From NCBI RefSeq assembly GCF_900542875.1, contig NZ_UQPH01000002.1: 64,000 nucleotides of DNA. One strand, 5' to 3'. Below the pieces are notes generated by a model. It ran no database searches and had not been told where the DNA came from. It saw nothing but the letters and a program-made list of their open reading frames with translations. Positions within the stretch are counted from its first letter, which is position 1. The number at the start of each line of letters is the position of its first letter. The stretch comes from an uncultured Eubacterium sp. GTDB taxonomy: Bacteria > Bacillota > Clostridia > Oscillospirales > Acutalibacteraceae. Made by a program: the position numbers and the translations under genes. Positions 57,633-64,000 of the stretch are shown in pieces.

Positions 57633-58190
57633 ATGGAAAAAACAGAAAAGAAAACAAAAAAGATTAAAACAATAGATATGATTTACATTGCGCTCGGTGC
57701 TGCCCTTATGGCGGTTTGTGCGTGGATTTCGATACCGATAGGCGAAATTCCGATTACACTGCAAACCCTTGCCGTTTGCCTTGTTGCGGGACTGTTTAAG
57801 ACAAAAAGAGCGGTGTGTTCAACTTTGATTTACATACTTCTCGGCGCAATCGGCGTGCCTGTATTTGCCGGATTTAAGTCGGGCCTTGGCGTTCTTGCGG
57901 GACCTACGGGCGGATATATTGTCGGCTTTATTTTTACCGCTGTAATTGTCGGACTGTTCAGCGAAAAATTTAACGGAAAAATTTGGGCTCTTGCACTGTC
58001 AATGGTGCTCGGCATTGCGGTTTGCTATGCGTTCGGCAGTGTGTGGTTCTTTATTTATATGCAGTCAAAAACGGCAGTTACATTCTCTTATATCTTTGGC
58101 TTGTGCGTTGCTCCGTATATCGTGCCGGATATTGTAAAGATAGTTGTTGCCTGCATTTTGGCTAACAGGCTGAAAAAATTTGTTAAGTAA
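57633..58190 (+). CDS. bioY: Biotin transporter BioY (ECF transporter S component)
   Basis: BioY motifs WISIPIGEIPITLQTLAV and GPTGGYIVGF. ~185 aa with 5-6 TM helices. Confidence 0.85.
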   Translation: MEKTEKKTKKIKTIDMIYIALGAALMAVCAWISIPIGEIPITLQTLAVCLVAGLFKTKRAVCSTLIYILLGAIGVPVFAGFKSGLGVLAGPTGGYIVGFIFTAVIVGLFSEKFNGKIWALALSMVLGIAVCYAFGSVWFFIYMQSKTAVTFSYIFGLCVAPYIVPDIVKIVVACILANRLKKFVK

Positions 58191-58249
58191 ATAATTAAAT
58201 CGGAATTAAAAACCTCTTTCTGTCATAGTATTGACGGGGAGAGGATTTT

Positions 58250-58933
58250 ATGTTATCGGCATTTTTCAGTTTTATCGGCGCAAATATTATGTTTTTTATT
58301 CTGCATATCCAAAGCTCCTCTTGCTTTCCGAAACCGCTGTCGGCAAAAGAGGAGAGGGAGTATCTCGGCAGAATGGCACAAGGCGACCCTGATGCCAGAG
58401 CGGTGCTTATAGAGCGTAATCTGCGTCTCGTCAGCCATATTTGCAAAAAATATTATTCAAAGACAAATGATAACGAGGACTTGATTTCAATCGGTACAAT
58501 AGGGCTGATTAAAGCGGTTGACAGTTTTGATTACACAAAGGGCACACGTCTTTCTACTTATGCCTCTAGATGTGTGGAAAATGAAATTTTGATGTATTTC
58601 AGGAGTCTCAAAAAACAGAACGGCGAGATATTTATGGGTGACACCTTAGAAACCGATAAGCAGGGCAATCCGCTTACCGTGGAAGATTTAATCAGCGACG
58701 ATACGGATATAGTCGAGGAGTTGGAGAAAAAACGCAGAATAGGCGAAATGACCGAACTTATCAGGAATATGACGGACGAGAGGGAAAAGGAAATTATTAT
58801 TCTTCGCTACGGCTTGAATAATGCAAAACCGCTCACTCAGCGAGAAGTTGCCGAGAGGCTTAATATCAGCCGTTCCTATGTTTCGAGAATCGAAAAAAAG
58901 GTGCTGGAGGATTTGAGAAATAATATAAATTAA
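58250..58933 (+). CDS. sigK: RNA polymerase sporulation sigma factor K, encoded as uninterrupted pro-sigma-K
   Basis: Very close to B. subtilis SigK, including the pro-sequence junction FPKPLSAKEEREYL, plus DLISIGTIGLIKA, ENEILMYFRSLKK and ISRSYVSRIEKKVL. Confidence 0.85.
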   Translation: MLSAFFSFIGANIMFFILHIQSSSCFPKPLSAKEEREYLGRMAQGDPDARAVLIERNLRLVSHICKKYYSKTNDNEDLISIGTIGLIKAVDSFDYTKGTRLSTYASRCVENEILMYFRSLKKQNGEIFMGDTLETDKQGNPLTVEDLISDDTDIVEELEKKRRIGEMTELIRNMTDEREKEIIILRYGLNNAKPLTQREVAERLNISRSYVSRIEKKVLEDLRNNIN

Positions 58934-59027
58934 AAAAATCGGAATGCAAATATTTTTTTGCATTCCGATTTTTACTTAAAGAACATGTTGTTTTTGGCTT
59001 GTTATTAATTTGATTTTCGGTTTTTTA

Positions 59028-59753
59028 TTAAATATCTGTTATTTCTCTTTTCATTGCGTTATATGAGCAAAGCACGGCTTCGTCGTTCATATTACAGCCG
59101 AGATCGTAAATCGGCACAAGTTTGAACAGTTCGTTCAGATTATCCATAAGTTTGTTCATTCCGTTTTCGCCGAGTCGCCTGATGGTTTGCGAAAAGATGT
59201 TGTAAATGGCTCTGCCCGTGTCGGCAGGCTTTATTTGGTTCGTTTCGCTTCTGCTCAAAAAACAGATACCGCCCAGAGGTACAACAGCCGGTGTAGAGTA
59301 ATCGTACTTTCCGCTCCACGGAGTGCCGCAGGCATACGGCTTGCCGTCTATGATTCTGATAGCCGGTTTGTCGTCGTTTAATATGTATGCTCTGTCGCCG
59401 AAGTGTTTGAGCCAAAGTTGGGTGTGGGTCGATTTACCCGTGCCGCTGTCCGCACTGAACGCATATGCCACGCCGTCAACGACTACGCATGACGAATGAA
59501 GCAGAATGCCGTCAAAGCCTATAAGAGCCGTGTAAAAATCACTTCCCGTTATCATATATTCCCAGTCGCCCTGGGTGAGCTCGGGGTGCTCCGCCATGGC
59601 ACTTTTGACCCTCTGTTCATCAACATTAATTACAATGTCGGGTGCAGAATCGGAACTTTGATTCTTTGAAAGATAGGGAATCGCTTGTTTTTTTGTTCTG
59701 CCTTTAGGGTCGATTATTTCAACTCTGAGATTTGCGATGTCGTAAAATGGCAT
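59028..59753 (-). CDS. HPr kinase/phosphorylase C-terminal-domain-like P-loop protein (HprK-related kinase, stand-alone)
   Basis: P-loop and downstream pattern SADSGTGKSTHTQLWLKHFGDRAYILNDD matches the HprK GxSGxGKS....L..G..L.ADD core. 241 aa. No N-terminal HprK domain. Monocistronic. Confidence 0.5.
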   Translation of the reverse strand: MPFYDIANLRVEIIDPKGRTKKQAIPYLSKNQSSDSAPDIVINVDEQRVKSAMAEHPELTQGDWEYMITGSDFYTALIGFDGILLHSSCVVVDGVAYAFSADSGTGKSTHTQLWLKHFGDRAYILNDDKPAIRIIDGKPYACGTPWSGKYDYSTPAVVPLGGICFLSRSETNQIKPADTGRAIYNIFSQTIRRLGENGMNKLMDNLNELFKLVPIYDLGCNMNDEAVLCSYNAMKREITDI

Positions 59754-59964
59754 AGTAAAATTCCTTTATAAAAATATTTATCTATTATGATTATAAAACA
59801 AATAGCGTTGTCCGTCAACTTAAAAAATCAAAATAGGTATTGAAATTTTTTTGATTATAATGTATATTATATAAAAATATAATAATGTATCACAAATGCC
59901 GTTTGGTGATTTTAATTAAACGAAAAAGCAAAATAAGTTGCAAAATATGGCACAGGAGATGTGT

Positions 59965-60735
59965 ATGGAAAAAATCACGAGCAAAAATAATACAATAATT
60001 AAGGACACCAAAAAACTCTTTACCTCATCTAAAGCAAGAGCCGAAGAAAAACGCTTTGTTTTGGAGGGGGCAAGGCTATGCTTTGATGTCCTTAATTCAG
60101 TTTATGAGCCCGAGAATGTGTTTTATACCGAGAATATAATAAAAAAATATCCCTCTGAAACAAACGCACTCATAACTCACTGCGGCGGCTCATATATGAT
60201 TACCGAGGAAATCGCCGAAAAACTAAGCGACACAAAGAGTCCGCAGGGCATATTCCTTACCGTTAAAATGAAAAACGGCGAAAACAAAATAAAAAACAAG
60301 GCGATAGCACTCGATAATGTTCAGGACCCGTCAAATGTCGGTGCGATAATCCGCTCGGCGGAGGCACTCGGGATAGACAGCGTTATAGTTTATTCCGGCT
60401 GTGATGTCTACAATCCCAAAGCAATCAGAGCAAGTATGGGTTCGGTGCTCAGAATGAATACGGTTAAAACAGATAATCTTACGCAACTGATAAAAGACTT
60501 ATCTTCGGGCGGTTTTGCAACTTATGCTACGGTTCCCGACAGCAGGGCAACTAAGATTACGGATATTGATTTTTCGGGCAAAACGCTTTGCGTTATCGGA
60601 AATGAGGCAAACGGAGTAGAGGACGGCATTAAGGCGGTTTGCGACTCGCTCATTACCATACCGATGCTTGGCAGAGCGGAAAGCCTTAATGCAAGCGTTG
60701 CCGCTTCGATTACTATGTGGGAGATGCTCAGATGA
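59965..60735 (+). CDS. SpoU/TrmH-family RNA 2'-O-methyltransferase
   Basis: SPOUT motifs (LDNVQDPSNVGAIIRSAEALG, VIGNEANGV, ESLNASVAASI). Start at ATG 59965 after RBS AGGAGA. Confidence 0.8.
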   Translation: MEKITSKNNTIIKDTKKLFTSSKARAEEKRFVLEGARLCFDVLNSVYEPENVFYTENIIKKYPSETNALITHCGGSYMITEEIAEKLSDTKSPQGIFLTVKMKNGENKIKNKAIALDNVQDPSNVGAIIRSAEALGIDSVIVYSGCDVYNPKAIRASMGSVLRMNTVKTDNLTQLIKDLSSGGFATYATVPDSRATKITDIDFSGKTLCVIGNEANGVEDGIKAVCDSLITIPMLGRAESLNASVAASITMWEMLR

Positions 60736-61940
60736 GTGATGTGCTTTACTGGATTTGGCTTCAGCATTGTATAGGCTGTGCAAGATGCTTTGATAATGTG
60801 CTCGATTATTTTGGGAGTATAGAAGCGTTTTACGAGAGTAATTATTTGCAGAAAAAATGTTGCCCCGAACTGAATGATAATATGATTCGCAAAAGTGAGG
60901 AGTTCACCCTAAACGACGCAAAGAAAATTGTTGATAAGTGTAAGAAAAACGGCTGGAACATAATTACTTACGAGGACAGCGAATATCCCGTTAAGCTGAA
61001 AAATATTTACAATCCGCCTGCCGTACTTTATGTCAGCGGCAATCTTCCGGATATAGATAATGTACTAACCTTCGGTTCGGTCGGCACACGAAAGGCATCG
61101 CCTTATGCTCTTAAAGCCTCTAAGGTCATAGCAAAGGGCGTTGCGAGGTGCGGCGGAGTTGTTGTGAGCGGAGGTGCGTTGGGAATAGATACGGCATCCC
61201 ATGAGGGAGCACTCGAGGGTGGCGGAAAAACCGTTGCGGTTCTCGGATGCGGTCTGGGTGCAAATTATCTTATGAGCAATGCGGATTTGAGACGGCGTAT
61301 AGCCGCAAACGGTGCTCTCATCAGCGAATATCCGCCCGGCACTCAGGCAAGTAAATATACATTTCCCGCAAGAAACAGAATCATAAGCGGACTTTCGGAC
61401 GCCGTGTTTGTCGCAGAAGCCGGGATAAAAAGCGGCTCGCTGATTACCGCTTCTTTTGCCGCAGACCAGGGCAGGGATATTTTTGTTCTTCCGTCGAGCA
61501 TATTCGATACCGGATTTAACGGAACGAATAAATTGATTGAAGACGGTGCGGTTCCCGTTACGTCAATGAATGTTATATTGTCTCAATATAAGGAAAAATA
61601 TCGCACGCTCGATACATCAAAGTCGGCTTCTTTTGAGGAACTTCTGTCGGACGAATATAAAGAGAGGGACATTCCTTTTGAAAAAGACGAACAACTCTCG
61701 TTTGATAAAATAGACGAGCACAGAGACAATCAGGACAAAATGACGCAGACCGCCGCAAAAATTTCGGGAAACGAAAAGGCGGTTTATGATGCTCTCACCG
61801 ACGGCTACACCGATATTGACAGCATAGCCGCAAGGGCAAATCTCGATATGAAAGACGTGCTTATGTCGCTGACTATGCTCGAACTCGACGGCTTGGCAGA
61901 GGCAGGCATAGGAAAAAGATACAGAAAAAAGCAGGCGTGA
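60732..61940 (+). CDS. dprA: DNA-processing protein A (DprA/Smf)
   Basis: DprA Rossmann-like domain (GSVGTRKASPYALKASKVIAKGVARCGGVVVSGGALGIDTASHEGAL, ISEYPPGT, FPARNRIISGLS). Start overlaps the stop of the preceding gene. Confidence 0.85.
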   Translation: MSDVLYWIWLQHCIGCARCFDNVLDYFGSIEAFYESNYLQKKCCPELNDNMIRKSEEFTLNDAKKIVDKCKKNGWNIITYEDSEYPVKLKNIYNPPAVLYVSGNLPDIDNVLTFGSVGTRKASPYALKASKVIAKGVARCGGVVVSGGALGIDTASHEGALEGGGKTVAVLGCGLGANYLMSNADLRRRIAANGALISEYPPGTQASKYTFPARNRIISGLSDAVFVAEAGIKSGSLITASFAADQGRDIFVLPSSIFDTGFNGTNKLIEDGAVPVTSMNVILSQYKEKYRTLDTSKSASFEELLSDEYKERDIPFEKDEQLSFDKIDEHRDNQDKMTQTAAKISGNEKAVYDALTDGYTDIDSIAARANLDMKDVLMSLTMLELDGLAEAGIGKRYRKKQA

Positions 61941-62015
61941 AAGCGGCATTTCACATTCGTTTTTAACTGCTTGAAAAATATTTTTTATTAACATTAACCG
62001 AAAGGATTTTTAATA

Positions 62016-64000
62016 ATGGCAAAGTCAAAATTAGTGATTGTGGAGTCACCCGCAAAGGCTAAAAACATAAAGGGCTATTTGGGCGACGGATATGAGGTTA
62101 TCGCCTCTATGGGTCATGTTCGTGATCTCCCTGCGGCAAGGCTCAGCGTTGATATTGAGCATAACTTTGAGCCTAAGTACGCAGTAATAAAGGGCAAAGA
62201 AGCTCTTGTTGAGGAACTTAAAACAAAGGCTGACAAAGCCGAATATGTATATCTCGCAACCGACCCCGACCGTGAGGGAGAGGCAATTTCGTGGCATCTT
62301 GCAAACATTCTTGATTTGAGTCTTAACGATAAAAATCGTGTTACATTTAACGAGATTACAAAAACAGGCGTTAAAAACGGTATGGCGCATCCAAGAGAAA
62401 TTGATATAGACCTGGTCAATGCTCAGCAGGCTCGACGTATTCTCGACAGACTTATCGGCTACAAACTGTCTCCGTTCGTCAGCCAGAAAATTCGCAGAGG
62501 ACTTTCGGCAGGCAGAGTACAGAGCGTTGCGCTCAGACTCGTTGTTGACAGAGAAAACGAGATTCGTGCTTTTAAACCCGAGGAATATTGGACGATAGAC
62601 GCTAAGTTTACAAATCCGCCCGACAGAAAAACATTCGGTGCAGTTCTTGTGCAGGACGCCGACGGAAACAAGGTAGGCACGGATAAGAATAAGATTCCGT
62701 CTAAGGAAGTTTCCGACAAAATGCTTTCCGATTTGGAAAACGCAGAATATGTTGTCGAAAGCGTAAAGAAAGGCACAAGAAAGAAAAATCCCGCTCCGCC
62801 GTTTATCACTTCGACTCTTCAGCAGGAGGCGTCACGCCGCCTCTCGTTCCAGGCAAGAAGAACGATGAAAGCCGCACAGGAACTTTACGAGGGCGTTGAT
62901 GTTAAGGAACTCGGTACTGTCGGTCTTATCACATATATGAGAACCGACTCGCTTCGTATTTCCGATGAGGCAAGAGCCGCAGGTAATGATTTTATCAAGA
63001 ATGAGTACGGCGAAAAATATCTTCCGTCAACTCCGAGATTTTATAAAACCAGAGGAAATGCACAGGACGGACACGAGGCTATCAGACCGTCTATGCCTAA
63101 TGTAACTCCCGAGTCGGTTAAGGCTTCGCTTACTTCCGACCAGTATAAGATTTATAAGCTCGTATGGGAGAGATTTATCGCTTCTCTTATGGCTTCCTGT
63201 GTTCAGGAGACTATGAAAGTTGAGATTAAGGCAAACGGTTATCTCCTTTCGGCAAGCGGATATACGATTAAGTTTGACGGTTTTACCGCTCTTTACGAGG
63301 AAAAGACCGATGACTCCCAAAAGAAGGACAGCGAATCTCCGCTTCCTCCGGTTGCAAAGGGCGATGTGCTCAAACTTAAATCCATTCTCGGTAATCAGCA
63401 TTTCACTCAGCCGCCCGCAAGATATACGGAGGCTTCTCTTACCAAGGCACTTGAGGAAAACGGCGTAGGCCGTCCGTCAACATATGTAACCATAACCTCC
63501 ACCATTCTTTCTAAGGAATATGTTGTTCGAGAGGGAAAGCAATTTGTACCGACAGAACTCGGCGAGGCTGTAACCAATCTTCTTAAAGAGAGAATTCCCA
63601 ATATCGTAAATGTCAAGTATACCTCAAAGATGGAGGATGACCTTGATAAAATTGATTCGGGCGAAAAGAATTATATCGATATGATAAGGCTTTACTATGA
63701 CGATTTTGTGGAGCCGCTCGAAAAAGCGAAGAAAGATATGCAGGGCGTTAAGATAAAACTCAAGGAAGAAGAAACCGATGTTGTCTGTGAAAAATGCGGC
63801 AGAAAGATGGTAGTTAAGGTCGGCAGATTCGGCAAATTCCTTGCTTGCCCCGGTTATCCCGAATGCAAAAACGCAAAGCCGCTCGTTACAAAGACGAATG
63901 CCAAATGTCCGGTATGCGGCGGTGATGTAATAGAAAAGAAAACAAAGAGGGGCACACCGTTTTACGGCTGCTCAAATTATCCTAAATGTAACTTTATGAC
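62016..64000 (+). CDS. topA: DNA topoisomerase I, N-terminal ~660 aa; 3' end beyond the window
   Basis: Toprim start MAKSKLVIVESPAKAKNIKGYLG, the DPDREGEAISWHL motif, the active-site region, and C-terminal zinc ribbons beginning (CEKCGRKMVVKVGRFGKFLACPGYPEC). Not in the supplied ORF track because there is no stop codon inside the window. Confidence 0.9.
   Translation, partial: MAKSKLVIVESPAKAKNIKGYLGDGYEVIASMGHVRDLPAARLSVDIEHNFEPKYAVIKGKEALVEELKTKADKAEYVYLATDPDREGEAISWHLANILDLSLNDKNRVTFNEITKTGVKNGMAHPREIDIDLVNAQQARRILDRLIGYKLSPFVSQKIRRGLSAGRVQSVALRLVVDRENEIRAFKPEEYWTIDAKFTNPPDRKTFGAVLVQDADGNKVGTDKNKIPSKEVSDKMLSDLENAEYVVESVKKGTRKKNPAPPFITSTLQQEASRRLSFQARRTMKAAQELYEGVDVKELGTVGLITYMRTDSLRISDEARAAGNDFIKNEYGEKYLPSTPRFYKTRGNAQDGHEAIRPSMPNVTPESVKASLTSDQYKIYKLVWERFIASLMASCVQETMKVEIKANGYLLSASGYTIKFDGFTALYEEKTDDSQKKDSESPLPPVAKGDVLKLKSILGNQHFTQPPARYTEASLTKALEENGVGRPSTYVTITSTILSKEYVVREGKQFVPTELGEAVTNLLKERIPNIVNVKYTSKMEDDLDKIDSGEKNYIDMIRLYYDDFVEPLEKAKKDMQGVKIKLKEEETDVVCEKCGRKMVVKVGRFGKFLACPGYPECKNAKPLVTKTNAKCPVCGGDVIEKKTKRGTPFYGCSNYPKCNFM

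Noticed and set aside
58250-58933. Checked whether sigK is interrupted by a skin-like intervening element, as in B. subtilis and some clostridia
   Set aside because: The ORF encodes a full-length, colinear pro-sigma-K, so no interruption lies within this window.
1-64000. Looked for CRISPR arrays, tRNA/rRNA genes, integrase/transposase ORFs and toxin-antitoxin pairs
   Set aside because: No regularly spaced short direct repeats, no cloverleaf-compatible tRNA-like segments in the intergenic regions, and no ORF with recombinase or transposase motifs were seen. The mobile-element calls above therefore rest on repeat structure alone.

Overview
The window reads as a low-GC Firmicutes chromosome segment. 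The organism looks like a sporulating Clostridia member, because the window carries an intact pro-sigma-K gene, the dprA-topA pair, and rplM-rpsI. Most of it is core or housekeeping sequence interleaved with carbohydrate and cell-envelope functions.

Main contents:
- A truncated MraY/WecA-family glycosyltransferase at the 5' edge and a ~1100-aa secreted HEXXH zinc metallopeptidase.
- cstA, preceded by a ~350-nt structured leader.
- A complete L-fucose utilisation locus (fucI, an FGGY kinase, fucU, fucA, an AraC regulator and a GPH symporter).
- A ThrH-like HAD phosphatase and a CdaR/PucR-type regulator.
- A cell-wall operon: rsuA, a small membrane protein, a class-B PBP, a SEDS FtsW/RodA protein and a double-FHA protein.
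- galM and a cysteine-rich orphan protein.
- A small accessory cassette (GLUG-repeat lipoprotein plus XRE regulator) bounded by three copies of the rpsI 3'-end/terminator module, which suggests old site-specific integration at rpsI.
- cysK, pfk, a LarE-like PP-loop ATPase, prmA, yhaM, an SDR oxidoreductase, a second GPH symporter and an HdeD-like membrane protein.
- A TetR regulator divergent from a heterodimeric ABC exporter pair that is preceded by a promoter, a 34-codon leader ORF and an intrinsic terminator; this resembles BmrB/BmrCD-type ribosome-mediated attenuation.
- A GT2 (GtrB-like) gene plus a large GT-C-like membrane protein.
- A ~300-bp MITE-like element with ~37-bp terminal inverted repeats.
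- A Bce-like module (OmpR-family regulator, intramembrane histidine kinase, ABC ATPase, an 897-aa double-FtsX permease and a co-transcribed anchored secreted protein).
- An AGCS symporter, an intracellular beta-helix protein plus a GH112 galactosyl-HexNAc phosphorylase, a sortase-like protein with a membrane protein, bioY, sigK, a stand-alone HPr-kinase-like P-loop protein, a SpoU-family methyltransferase, dprA and the start of topA.

I found no rRNA, tRNA or CRISPR array, and no integrase or transposase ORF.
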